Below, one piece after another: positions 18,951 to 28,579 of a DNA stretch of 64,000 nt (the first letter of the stretch is position 1; the number at the start of each line of letters is the position of its first letter). A program made the position numbers and the translations under genes. Source of the DNA: Gammaproteobacteria bacterium (GTDB taxonomy: Bacteria; Pseudomonadota; Gammaproteobacteria; JABABF01); NCBI GenBank assembly GCA_965237805.1, contig OZ250153.1, positions 32,001 to 96,000 of the forward strand, in the 5' to 3' direction. Under the pieces are notes generated by a model. The model was not told the origin of the DNA. It saw only the letters and a program-made list of their open reading frames with translations, and made no database searches.

Positions 18951-20873
18951 TTGCTGGCGCTGAGCCTGACTGGCACTGCCAGCATTGGTCGATCTGCCGA
19001 ACGTGCTCCGTGCGCCGACTACCGCACCGAACGGCAGCTGTTTTTTGGCGATCTCCATGTCCACACCGCCTATTCGCTGGATGCGGCGATACAGGACACG
19101 CGCAACAAGCCCGCCGATGCCTATCGTTTTGCGCGCGGGGAGAAAATTGGTCTGCAGCCCTACGATCGTGCGGGACAGCCCCTGCGTGAATTGCAGCTGC
19201 GCCGACCCTTGGATTTTACCGCTGTCACCGACCACGCCGAGGCTCTCGGCGAGGCCACGATTTGTCGCTCGCCGGGTGCCGCTGGCTACAACCATTGGCA
19301 ATGCTATCTGCTGCGCTGGATGCCGAAGTTGGCGCTGACGGTGCTGATGGGGCGCATCACGGCAGCGCAGGACGGCGAAAATTTGTCGCTCTGCGGCAAG
19401 GGCAAAACGCGTTGTATCGAGCAGGCCTCACGCAGCTGGGACGACATCATAGCGGCGGCTCATGCGGCCTACGATCGCAGTTCGGAATGTCGCTTCACCA
19501 CTTTTATCGGCTATGAGTGGACCGCTTCGCTTGATGGTGACAATCTGCACCGCAATGTGATATTTAGGAACGACAATTTGGGAGCCTTGCCCCAACCCCC
19601 GCCGAGCTCTTTGCAGCTGCGCAGCTCGGACGATTTGATCGATGCCCTAGATCGGCAATGCTATCAGCAGCCGGGCTGCGATGTGATCAGCATCCCCCAC
19701 AACTCCAACCTCAGCAACGGTCTGATGTTTCCGCTCGGAGATGATAGCGCCACAGTGGGCGCCCAGCGCGCCACATGGGATCCTGCAGTGGCGCGCCGTC
19801 GGGCGCGGATGGAGCCCTTGTTCGAGGTCATGCAACACAAAGGCGATTCGGAGTGTTGGTATGGCCCCGGAGTGGAGGATGAGCTATGTGCTTTCGAGAA
19901 GCTGCCTTTTGACAATTTTGCTGGCAGTTTCTATCGCACACTGTCCAACCCGCCGTCCCCGCTCACCGGCTATGCCCGCACGGTGTTGCTGGCGGGCTTG
20001 CAATACCAAGCCGAGATCGGTGTCAATCCATGGCGCTTTGGCCTGATCGCAGCCACCGATACCCACCTTGGGGCACCGGGTGCGGTGTCCGAGGAAGATC
20101 ATATGGGACATGGCGGTGGCGGCAAAGTGGCCACTGATAGCAGTGATGCCATTATCCCCGACACCATGGAGTACAACCCCGGTGGTTTGGCGGCGGTGTG
20201 GGCCGAGGAGAACAGCCGCGACTCCCTGTTCAACGCCATGCGTCGGCGCGAGGTCTATGGCACCAGCGGTCCGCGCATCTCCCTGCGTTTCTTTGGCGGT
20301 TGGAACTATTCCAAATCGCTGTGCGACTCGCCGAACTTGGCGCGTCGTGGCTATGCTGGCGGCACGCCGATGGGGGGCGCGATGGAACCCAATCCCGCCT
20401 GGGGTCGTGGCGGCCCGCAGTTTGTCGCGCTGGCCCAGCGCGATGCCGGCACCGAGGGGCGCCCCGGTGCGCCGCTACAGCGTCTGCAGATTATCAAGGG
20501 CTGGGTCGATGCCGCGGGCGAACGGCGCGAGCAGGTCTACGATGTGGCCGGTAGCCCGGCTAACGGGGCCTCGGTGGAGCTGTCGACTTGTCGGCGTCAA
20601 GGTGCTGGTCACGACCGTCTGTGTACGGTGTGGAGCGATCCCGATTACAGCGCCGATCAGCATGCCTTTTACTACGCACGTGCGGTGGAGAACCCGAGTT
20701 GTCGCTGGAGTGCTTATGTCTGTAATGCCAACGGGGTCGATTGCTCGCGTCCGGATAAAGTCGCCAAAGCATTCAAGTCCTGTTGTGCCAGCGATCATCG
20801 CTGGACCATACAGGAGCGCGCTTGGAGTTCGCCGATCTGGCTCAGTCCAGAGGGGAGCTCACTCCACCGCTAA
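18951..20873 (+). CDS. DUF3604-family secreted PHP-like metallohydrolase, paralog 1 (start uncertain)
   Basis: FGDLHVHT, DFTAVTDHAE, GYEWT, NLHRNVIF, PHNSNLS, QHKGDSEC, ATDTHLG, QERAWSSPIW; TTG 18951 is the first start codon past the tRNA, but the frame is open from 18792. Confidence 0.8.
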   Translation: MLALSLTGTASIGRSAERAPCADYRTERQLFFGDLHVHTAYSLDAAIQDTRNKPADAYRFARGEKIGLQPYDRAGQPLRELQLRRPLDFTAVTDHAEALGEATICRSPGAAGYNHWQCYLLRWMPKLALTVLMGRITAAQDGENLSLCGKGKTRCIEQASRSWDDIIAAAHAAYDRSSECRFTTFIGYEWTASLDGDNLHRNVIFRNDNLGALPQPPPSSLQLRSSDDLIDALDRQCYQQPGCDVISIPHNSNLSNGLMFPLGDDSATVGAQRATWDPAVARRRARMEPLFEVMQHKGDSECWYGPGVEDELCAFEKLPFDNFAGSFYRTLSNPPSPLTGYARTVLLAGLQYQAEIGVNPWRFGLIAATDTHLGAPGAVSEEDHMGHGGGGKVATDSSDAIIPDTMEYNPGGLAAVWAEENSRDSLFNAMRRREVYGTSGPRISLRFFGGWNYSKSLCDSPNLARRGYAGGTPMGGAMEPNPAWGRGGPQFVALAQRDAGTEGRPGAPLQRLQIIKGWVDAAGERREQVYDVAGSPANGASVELSTCRRQGAGHDRLCTVWSDPDYSADQHAFYYARAVENPSCRWSAYVCNANGVDCSRPDKVAKAFKSCCASDHRWTIQERAWSSPIWLSPEGSSLHR

Positions 20874-20923
20874 TCGCGGGCCACCATCGGCGTCGCTTCC
20901 CTATCCCTATGGAGGATTGCAAA

Positions 20924-22915
20924 ATGTTGACTGGATATCGTGCGTCGGTGCCGGCATTCCTCTTGGCTGTGCTGGCTGTGATGCTCTGCAGCCAAGCCAA
21001 CGCCGCAGACTATCCGCCGCGTGCCTATGAGATCACCGAGGAGCGTGAGCCATGCCGCGACTATCGCCCCTTGCGTCAAGTCTTTTATGGCGACACCCAT
21101 GTGCACACCGGTTTTTCTTTGGATGCGGCGCTGCAGGGGACGATCAATACGCCGGACGATGCCTATCGATTCGCCCGCGGTGCGCGTCTGGGCCTGCAAC
21201 CCTACGATAGCGAGGGCACCCCGCAGCGCCACGCTCAGTTGCTCCGCCCGCTGGACTTTAGCGCCGTGACCGACCATGCGGAGATGTTTGGCACGGTCGC
21301 TGTCTGTACCAATCCGGAATCGGCTGGCTACAGTAATTTTATGTGCAAAATTTACCGGCGCTGGCCCCATTTGCTCTACCGCGTCATGATCCCGCTGTCG
21401 CTCGGCACCCGTCAGCTGGCGGTGAAGGATCCCCGTTTCGCTTTTTTGCGCAAATACACCGATGCCAAACTAGCGCCCCCGCCACCGCAGTGCGGCGAGG
21501 ATAATTCCGCCTGTATCGCCGGTACCCAGCGGCTGTGGCAGGAGGAGCAGCGCGCTGCCGAGCGCGCCTACGATCGCAGTTCCGACTGTGGCTTCACTTC
21601 TTTTGTCGCCTATGAATACACGGCCAATGCCGAGGTCAATCTCCACCGCAACATCATTTTTCGCAATGAACACGTGCTGGAGGAGCCGATCGGCCTGCAA
21701 CAGGCGGTGACCACGCAGCTGCTGCTCCAAGCGCTGGAGCAGAAATGCTTGGATGCCGGCACTGGCTGCGATTTGTTGGCTATCCCGCACAATCCCAATC
21801 TCAGCAGTGGCGCGATGTTCCCGCTGGACGAATCGCTGAGCCGCGATGAGGCGCGGCGCTGGAGCCGTATTGAGAGGCTGATCGAGGTCATGCAACACAA
21901 GGGCGATTCCGAGTGCTGGTTCGGGCCGGGTGTCGAGGACGAATTGTGCAACTTCGAGAAATTGCCTTACAACAATTTCGCCGGTCGATTTTTCAAGCGC
22001 TTTAACTATGCGCCCACGCCCGACGACGGCTTCGTTCGCGCCACGCTCAGCGAGGGCCTGCGCCGCGCAGAGCGCAGTGGTGTCAACCCGTGGCAGTTCG
22101 GTTTGTTGGCGGCCACCGACACCCATCTCGGCACGCCGGGGGCAGTGGCTGAGGCTCGCCATCGCGGTCACGGTGGTGCTGGCAAGACGGTGCGCCGGGG
22201 CGAGGCACCATCATTGCCAGACGACATCGAATATAACCCCGGTGGTCTAGCCGGGGTGTGGGCCGAGGAGAATACCCGCGACGCGCTGTTCGCGGCGATG
22301 CGTCGGCGCGAGGTCTTCGGTACCAGTGGCCCACGCATGAGCCTGCGTTTCTTCGGCGGTTGGGGCTATGCACCGACGCTGTGCAGCAGTCCGGATTTCG
22401 TCGCCCAAGGCTACGCTGGCGGCGTACCGATGGGCAGCGAGCTGCTCAGGCCTAGCCGGGTCGGCGCGACGCCGCGTTTTGCCGTGATGGCGCAGCGCGA
22501 TCCGGGTGCCAAGGAGCTTCCCAGCACCCCCCTGCAGCGCCTACAAATCATCAAGGGGTGGATCGATGACAAGGGTGAGCGCCGCCAACGCGTCTACGAT
22601 GTAGCTGGCAATCCGGACAATGGCGCTTCGGTCAATGTGGCCACCTGCACCCGCAGTGGCACTGGCCACGATCGCCTGTGTACGGTGTGGCGCGACCCCG
22701 ACCACGATCCCAGCATGCGCGCTTGGTATTACGCTCGTGCGGTGGAAAATCCCAGCTGTCGTTGGAGCGCTTATGTCTGCAATGCGAGAGGTGTGGACTG
22801 CTCGCGACCGGAGACCGTGGGAGAGGGCTATGCTGCCTGTTGCAAGAGCGATTTTTCGCCCAGTCAACAAGAACGCGCTTGGAGTTCGCCCATCTGGTAT
22901 ACGCCGACTGATTGA
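20924..22915 (+). CDS. DUF3604-family secreted PHP-like metallohydrolase, paralog 2
   Basis: GGAGG RBS, signal peptide ending ANA; YGDTHVHT, VTDHAE, NLHRNIIF, PHNPNLS, QHKGDSEC, ATDTHLG, QERAWSSPIW. Confidence 0.85.
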   Translation: MLTGYRASVPAFLLAVLAVMLCSQANAADYPPRAYEITEEREPCRDYRPLRQVFYGDTHVHTGFSLDAALQGTINTPDDAYRFARGARLGLQPYDSEGTPQRHAQLLRPLDFSAVTDHAEMFGTVAVCTNPESAGYSNFMCKIYRRWPHLLYRVMIPLSLGTRQLAVKDPRFAFLRKYTDAKLAPPPPQCGEDNSACIAGTQRLWQEEQRAAERAYDRSSDCGFTSFVAYEYTANAEVNLHRNIIFRNEHVLEEPIGLQQAVTTQLLLQALEQKCLDAGTGCDLLAIPHNPNLSSGAMFPLDESLSRDEARRWSRIERLIEVMQHKGDSECWFGPGVEDELCNFEKLPYNNFAGRFFKRFNYAPTPDDGFVRATLSEGLRRAERSGVNPWQFGLLAATDTHLGTPGAVAEARHRGHGGAGKTVRRGEAPSLPDDIEYNPGGLAGVWAEENTRDALFAAMRRREVFGTSGPRMSLRFFGGWGYAPTLCSSPDFVAQGYAGGVPMGSELLRPSRVGATPRFAVMAQRDPGAKELPSTPLQRLQIIKGWIDDKGERRQRVYDVAGNPDNGASVNVATCTRSGTGHDRLCTVWRDPDHDPSMRAWYYARAVENPSCRWSAYVCNARGVDCSRPETVGEGYAACCKSDFSPSQQERAWSSPIWYTPTD

Positions 22916-23877
22916 TGGCTGCTCTTGACAGCGCAACCAGCGGTTGTCTGCGCACCCTGTGCCAAGCGCTTTGGCAGCGCCCGCTATTGCGTTTTCTGCT
23001 TTACGGTGTCGCTTTATATCTAGCGATCAGCTATGTGACAGTGCCCGCGCCCGAGCCGCTGTTGATGGCGGGGCAGGGCGAGCAGCTGCGCGTGAATTGG
23101 ATTCGCCAGACCGGTCGCGAGCCGGATGAGCGCGTACTGCGTCTTCTGTTGCGCCAAGCCGTCAATGAGGAACTGCTGTTCCGCAGTGCCATCGATCAGG
23201 GCATGCACCTGATCGATCCGCTGGTGCGCCGCCGCTTGGTACGCAATATGCGTTTTTTGGGAGAGGAAGCTGAGGCGGGAGCCCTGTTGCGAAAGGCCTT
23301 CCGCATGGGCATGCAGCTGCAGGATCAAGTGGTGCGCCGGCGTTTGTTGCAGTTGATGGAATTCGGTGCCCGTGCCCAAGTTGCCACCATCGGCGAGGAG
23401 GAGCTGCGCACCTATTATGCCGAGCGCAGCGATGCGTTGCGCAGCCGGCGCATCAGCTTTGAGCATCGCTTTTTCAGCAATGAGAAGCGCGGCGAAGATG
23501 CCGCTGAGCAGCTGGCGCGACAGCTGGCCACGCAGTGTGCGGTGACTGAGCAGCTGCCGTCCGATGGTGATGTCTTTGATGCTGGTGAGTCTTTTGTGGC
23601 TCAGAGCCGTGCCAAGATAGGCAAGCACTTCGGCTTTGCTTTCGCCGATGTTCTATTGCGCGCAGAGGCTGGCAGCTGTTTGGGCCCGGTGCCCTCATCC
23701 TATGGTCAACATGTCGTGTGGCTGTCGGCAAGCGTCGAGCAGATGCCAGCCTTTGCCACGGTGCGCGCGCTGTTGCACGAGGAATTGATGGAGCGGCGCA
23801 CGCGTCAACAGCTGCAACGATTGGTCGGTGAATTGCGCGAGCGCCACCCGATGACCACGCAGGATCTCAGTTACTGA
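22915..23877 (+). CDS. Membrane-anchored PpiC/parvulin-type peptidyl-prolyl isomerase-like foldase
   Basis: PLLRFLLYG anchor, EELLFRSAIDQGM..DPLVRRRL, ISFEHRFFS, FGFAFA, GPVPSSYGQHVV; TGATG overlap with upstream gene. Confidence 0.72.
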   Translation: MAALDSATSGCLRTLCQALWQRPLLRFLLYGVALYLAISYVTVPAPEPLLMAGQGEQLRVNWIRQTGREPDERVLRLLLRQAVNEELLFRSAIDQGMHLIDPLVRRRLVRNMRFLGEEAEAGALLRKAFRMGMQLQDQVVRRRLLQLMEFGARAQVATIGEEELRTYYAERSDALRSRRISFEHRFFSNEKRGEDAAEQLARQLATQCAVTEQLPSDGDVFDAGESFVAQSRAKIGKHFGFAFADVLLRAEAGSCLGPVPSSYGQHVVWLSASVEQMPAFATVRALLHEELMERRTRQQLQRLVGELRERHPMTTQDLSY

Positions 23878-24890
23878 TGGCGACTTTGCGGTGGCACTGG
23901 CTACTGTTGGCCGCCGTGGCTATCGCCGTAGCCGTCCCCGCGCTGGGCTTTGGCCACCGCTTGGCCCCCGCTCTGATCGATGTCGAGGACAGCGACGAGC
24001 CCGGGGTCTACAGGATGCGATGGCAGGAGGCTGCTGTCAGCAGTGCGCCGATGGAGCCCCGCTGGCCAGCGCACTGTGAGGGCGAACAACAGGGCCCCAC
24101 GCGCTCTGTACTGACTCCGACCGGTCGTGCCTCAGAGACCGAGTGGCGATTGCGTTGCGAGCCCCACTCACTGGCTGGTGGAGAGTTCGGGGTGGATGGC
24201 CTGCTTGTCGGCACCGGCTTTGTGTTGTTGCGTTTCAATTTCAATGACAGTGTGCCCAGCTCTTATATGTTGAGCCACGCTGAAGCTGCTTTCACCGTGC
24301 CGACGCACTGGCACGGCAATGTAGCCTTCGGCTACCTGAAGCTGGGCACGGAGCACATCCTGAGTGGCTATGACCACCTGTTGTTTGTCTTTGGCCTGCT
24401 ATTGCTGTGTCGTTCACCGCGCGAATTGCTATTTACCATCACTGCCTTCACGGTCGGTCACAGCATCACTTTGGGTTTGGCTGCCTTCGATACCGTGTTG
24501 ATCCCGTTGTCGCTGATCGACTATCTGATACTGCTGAGCATTTTGTATATGGCGGTGGCGGTGGCCCGCCGCGAGCGTCGAGCGCCCAGCTCGCAATGGC
24601 GGGCACCGCTGGTGGCGGCGCTGTTTGGTTTGCTCCACGGCCAAGGTTTTTCCTCTTTTCTGCGCGATATCGGCCTGCCGCCTGGCAAGGTGCCCAGCGC
24701 CCTCCTGGGTTTCAATGTCGGGATCGAGTTGGGGCAGCTACTCTTTGTCGGCACGGTGATCCTGCTCGCCTTGCTGTTGGCGCGCGTGCCGCAAATCTCC
24801 ATGCTGCAGCTGCGTCTGATCTGCACTGAGCTGATGGGGGCATTGGCTGCGCTGTGGACGGTGCAGAAGACCTTGGAATTCCTGCTCTGA
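23877..24890 (+). CDS. HupE/UreJ-family membrane protein
   Basis: Signal peptide then H; LGTEHILSGYDHLLF, TAFTVGHSITL, FGLLHGQGF, GFNVGIELGQ; TGATG overlap. Confidence 0.85.
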   Translation: MATLRWHWLLLAAVAIAVAVPALGFGHRLAPALIDVEDSDEPGVYRMRWQEAAVSSAPMEPRWPAHCEGEQQGPTRSVLTPTGRASETEWRLRCEPHSLAGGEFGVDGLLVGTGFVLLRFNFNDSVPSSYMLSHAEAAFTVPTHWHGNVAFGYLKLGTEHILSGYDHLLFVFGLLLLCRSPRELLFTITAFTVGHSITLGLAAFDTVLIPLSLIDYLILLSILYMAVAVARRERRAPSSQWRAPLVAALFGLLHGQGFSSFLRDIGLPPGKVPSALLGFNVGIELGQLLFVGTVILLALLLARVPQISMLQLRLICTELMGALAALWTVQKTLEFLL

Positions 24891-24922
24891 GGCCGGTCGC
24901 GCACCAGCTGTACAAGTCGCGC

Positions 24923-26371
24923 TCAGCGTTGTAGCTGTTGCTTGAGCATATTGTTCACCTTATCGCTATAAGGTGGCATCATGCCAAATAATTTGTGTAT
25001 GCTGACGTACCCTTGGTAGAACACAGATCGGGTGTGGCTGAAGGTGCGGAAACCATCGCGTCCGCGGTAGTTTCCCATGCCGCTGGCACCGATGCCGCCG
25101 AAGGGCAGGTCGTCGCAACCGACGTGCATCATCACCTCGTTGATCGTCACGCCGCCGGAGTGGGTCGATGCCAGTACATGGCGCATTTCCTTGTGGTTGC
25201 TACCGAAGTAATACAGCGCCAGCGGTCGCGGCCGCGAGTTGATCAGCTCGATGGCCTCGTCGATTTTTTGGTAGCCGAGCACGGCCAGCACTGGGCCGAA
25301 TAGCTCGTTGTTCATCAGCTCGCTGTCCAGCTCTGGGCGCAGCACCAGCTGCAGTGGCATTTTGTTGTGCTTTTGGCGCGAGAATGTGTCGTCGGCGGGG
25401 TTTAGCACCTCGATGCGCTCACAGTGGCCTGCCAGTGGTTCCAAATAGGATTGCAGGCGATCGCGGTGGTGCTTGTTGATTATCGAGCTGTAGTCCGGGT
25501 TGTTGAGTAGCGTCGGGTACAGCTGTTTGAAGGCCTTCCGACAATGGTCGGCAAAGGCCTCGACCCGATCGTCTGGAACCAGCACATAGTCGGGGGAGAC
25601 GCAGGCTTGGCCAGCATTCATGGTCTTGCCGAGCAGGATTTTTAAGGCCACTGCCTCCAAGTTGGCACTGCGCGAGATGATGACCGGTGACTTGCCCCCT
25701 AGTTCCAGTGTCGTCGGTGTCAGTTGCGATGCCGCATTGCGCAATACCTGGCGTCCGGATTCTGTGCCGCCGGTGAAGATCAGGTGATCCAGCGGCAGCT
25801 GGCTGAAGGTGGCACCGACGGTGGCATCGCCCGGGAAGACGGCGATTTCGCTGACCTCGAAGTACTGCTCGAACAGATCTGCCATCAGACTCGCTGTGCT
25901 CGGTGCCAGCTCCGAGGGCTTGATCATGGTGCGGTTGCCCGCCCCGATGACATCGGCCAGCGGGCTGAAAATCATATTGACCGGGAGATTCCACGGCGTC
26001 ATGATGCCGACCACACCCTTTGGTTGATAGTGAACTTGTGCTTTGGCACCAGTCAGCGCCATGATCCCCGGTGGCCGGCGCCGCTCGGGACGCATCCAGC
26101 GACGCAGATTCTTTTTGACGAATTTCAGCGAACCCAGCGAGGTGAGGATTTCGCTCATCATGCTCTGGTGGGTCGAGCGGGCACCGAAATCTGCCGACAG
26201 CGCGTCGACCATATAGGGTGCGTGGTCGACCAACATGGCGATGCAACGGTCGAGCCGGTCGATACGGGTAGCGTATTGCACCTCGCCCTCGGCGCGGAAA
26301 GCTGCCCGTTGTATGCTCAGTGCGGCCTGCAATTGTGCGGCCACTGGCGCTTTTTTCGGTCTCGCCATCAT
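24923..26371 (-). CDS. Aldehyde dehydrogenase, coniferyl-aldehyde (CalB)/ALDH3-like
   Basis: QPKGVVGIMTPWN, IKPSE, FTGG, LELGGKSP, NAGQACVSPDY, ELFGPVL, PFGGIGASGMGNY. Confidence 0.9.
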   Translation of the reverse strand: MMARPKKAPVAAQLQAALSIQRAAFRAEGEVQYATRIDRLDRCIAMLVDHAPYMVDALSADFGARSTHQSMMSEILTSLGSLKFVKKNLRRWMRPERRRPPGIMALTGAKAQVHYQPKGVVGIMTPWNLPVNMIFSPLADVIGAGNRTMIKPSELAPSTASLMADLFEQYFEVSEIAVFPGDATVGATFSQLPLDHLIFTGGTESGRQVLRNAASQLTPTTLELGGKSPVIISRSANLEAVALKILLGKTMNAGQACVSPDYVLVPDDRVEAFADHCRKAFKQLYPTLLNNPDYSSIINKHHRDRLQSYLEPLAGHCERIEVLNPADDTFSRQKHNKMPLQLVLRPELDSELMNNELFGPVLAVLGYQKIDEAIELINSRPRPLALYYFGSNHKEMRHVLASTHSGGVTINEVMMHVGCDDLPFGGIGASGMGNYRGRDGFRTFSHTRSVFYQGYVSIHKLFGMMPPYSDKVNNMLKQQLQR

Positions 26372-26383
26372 CAGTTTCCGTGT

Positions 26384-27994
26384 TCAGATGGCGTGACCCA
26401 TCATGGATGCTGCACGGGCACCGATCATCACTGCTGTCGCATTGGTGTTGCCGGTGAGGGCCGAGGGGATTACCGAAGCGTCGGCGATGCGCAGGCCAGA
26501 CAGCCCTCGCACCTGCAGCTGCGGATTCACCACGGCTGCGGCATCGTCTTCTGCCCCCATCTTGCAGCTGCCCACTGGATGGTAGACCGAGGCCGCCTCG
26601 CGGCGGATATATTCCATGATGGCTTGGTCGCTGTCGTCGGCTGGTGTGGTGATACCAGAATCCGATGCACGGTAGCGTTCAAAAGGCTTTGCGGCGAAGA
26701 GAGAGCGCACTAGCCGGCAGCACGAGATCAGCGCCTTGCGGTCGAACTCCTCGCTGAGGTAGTGGGCGCGGATTACCGGAGCTGCTATGGGGTTGGCAGT
26801 ATGGATGTGCACGGAGCCGCGGCTCTGTGGGTGCAAATGGCAGACCGTGGCGGTGACACCGGGTGCGATCTGCAAATGGCCTTTTTTGTTGTAGCGCCCG
26901 GTGGCTGGTGTGAAATGAATTTGGGCGTCGGGGCGATCCAGTCCCGGGTCGCTCTTGAAAAAGGCACCGCTCTCGGAGGCAGGGTGGACGAGAAAACCGC
27001 GTTGACGGACGAAGTAGCTCAGCAAGTTGCGGGCAAAGGATAGCGGGCGCATCTCGTCGTAGAGCGTGCGGATATCCTGCAGCCCCTGATACATATTGAC
27101 AGTCAGATGATCCTGCATAGAGGCACCGACACCGGGCAGCTCATGGCGCGGCTCGACGCCGGCGGCGCGCAACAGCTCGGGGTCGCCGATGCCAGATAGT
27201 TCCAATAGCTGTGGGCTGCCGATGGTGCCCGCACAGATCGCGACCTCGTCCTCGGCACGGGCGATGTGCAAGGATTTGCCTTGGCGGTAGCGCACGCCGA
27301 CGGCGCGGTCGCCTTCCAGCTCAATCCCCACCGCCAGCGCACCGACCGCAACTTCCAAGTTGGGGCGCTTGCGTGCGCTTGCCAGTGCGCTGACGGCGAG
27401 GCTCTGGCGGCGACCGCGGCGGATGTTGGTCTGGTAGTAGCCGATGCCCTCGTTGTTGCCACGATTGAAATCCTCGCAGCGTTGCCAGCCAATGCTCGTG
27501 CCCGCCTCGATGAAGATCTCGTCCACCGGATAGCGGTTGACCGGATTGTCCACCCACAGTGCTCCGCCGACTCCGTGGCATTCATCGGCACCGTTGACAT
27601 TGTGCTCGGTGCGGCGGAACCAAGGCAGCACATCGTCCCATGCCCAGCCAGCACAGCCCGCGGTCGCCCAGTCCTCGTAGTCGAGGTGGTGGCCGCGAAT
27701 GTAGACCATGCCATTGATCGAGCTGCAACCGCCCAGCACCTTGCCACGCGGGAAATCGATGCGCCGCTGTGAGAGCTGATTTTCTGGTTCGGTGGCGAAG
27801 CACCAGCTGAAGTTCGGGTCTTTGAGTATCCGGGTGAAACCGCCCGGAATATGAATCATCGGATGGCGATCTTCGCCGCCAGCTTCGAGTAACAGTACCC
27901 GGCGGCTGGCCTCGCGGCTCAGCAGGCTGGCGAGTACACAGCCAGCACTGCCAGCACCGATGATGATGTAGTCGTAGACCTTGTCCTCAGGCAC
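26384..27994 (-). CDS. GMC-family FAD oxidoreductase (BetA/AlkJ-like alcohol dehydrogenase)
   Basis: YDYIIIGAGSAGCVLA, PRGKVLGGCSSINGMVYIRG, YHPVGSCKMG, DASVIP, GNTNA; GTG start at 27994 inferred. Confidence 0.9.
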   Translation of the reverse strand: MPEDKVYDYIIIGAGSAGCVLASLLSREASRRVLLLEAGGEDRHPMIHIPGGFTRILKDPNFSWCFATEPENQLSQRRIDFPRGKVLGGCSSINGMVYIRGHHLDYEDWATAGCAGWAWDDVLPWFRRTEHNVNGADECHGVGGALWVDNPVNRYPVDEIFIEAGTSIGWQRCEDFNRGNNEGIGYYQTNIRRGRRQSLAVSALASARKRPNLEVAVGALAVGIELEGDRAVGVRYRQGKSLHIARAEDEVAICAGTIGSPQLLELSGIGDPELLRAAGVEPRHELPGVGASMQDHLTVNMYQGLQDIRTLYDEMRPLSFARNLLSYFVRQRGFLVHPASESGAFFKSDPGLDRPDAQIHFTPATGRYNKKGHLQIAPGVTATVCHLHPQSRGSVHIHTANPIAAPVIRAHYLSEEFDRKALISCCRLVRSLFAAKPFERYRASDSGITTPADDSDQAIMEYIRREAASVYHPVGSCKMGAEDDAAAVVNPQLQVRGLSGLRIADASVIPSALTGNTNATAVMIGARAASMMGHAI

Positions 27995-28019
27995 TGGCAG
28001 TGCTCGTGACGCGTCGCCA

Positions 28020-28396
28020 CCATCCAGACCAAAGACTAAGGCCGCAACCGAGCCCCATTCGAAGATCAGCGCCCCGCTGACATGGCTGTCCCCGCAGCTG
28101 CCGTCGATGATGGCTCCGACGGTGCGTGGCAAGACCAAGGCGAGCATCGCCGTCAGCTAGAAGAACATCATTTGGTGCAACCATTGCGGCCGCAACAGGG
28201 GGATTAGTAACAGTACGCCAGCCCAGAGCTGGAGCACGCCGTAGCTGTGGCGCGTATTTCGCTGAGCCATGCCACGTTGGCGTCATTGACATCAAAGGCG
28301 TTTGCCAGCCAGCTGTACAGGATGCAACAAGCAATAGACACCGTCGCTCAAATAAGCCACAGCGCTGATGCCCAAGAGTATTTGACAGTAACGCAT
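28020..28396 (-). pseudogene. DUF4345-like small membrane protein pseudogene
   Basis: Stitched frames: MRYCQILLGISAVAYL..G VYCLLHP / ..AWLSEIRA / SYGVLQLWAGVLLL...FF* LTAMLALVLPRTVGAIIDG...ALIFEWG; two frameshifts and a TAG at 28157-28159. Confidence 0.55.
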
Positions 28397-28579
28397 GATG
28401 TCCATTTCCCCTTTAGATGAGACAGCGCTACACATGGCAACGCAATCGGATCAATCATAACGCAAATGCGCTGGGGTGGGCAGCTGTTCAGGGTGTGCAG
28501 TGCCAGGGTTGCACTGCCCGGTGACCGGGTCGGGATGCATCGCTGCTGGCCTGGGTCCTCGCTCGGTCGCGCCACAGGA

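Noticed and set aside
18920-28400. Active integrative element at tRNA-Pro
   Set aside because: No integrase or transposase, no duplicated tRNA 3' end seen, and composition looks like the flanking core genes
28497-28530. Two adjacent hairpins downstream of bioA as an intrinsic terminator
   Set aside because: No U-tract on either strand; too weak to call
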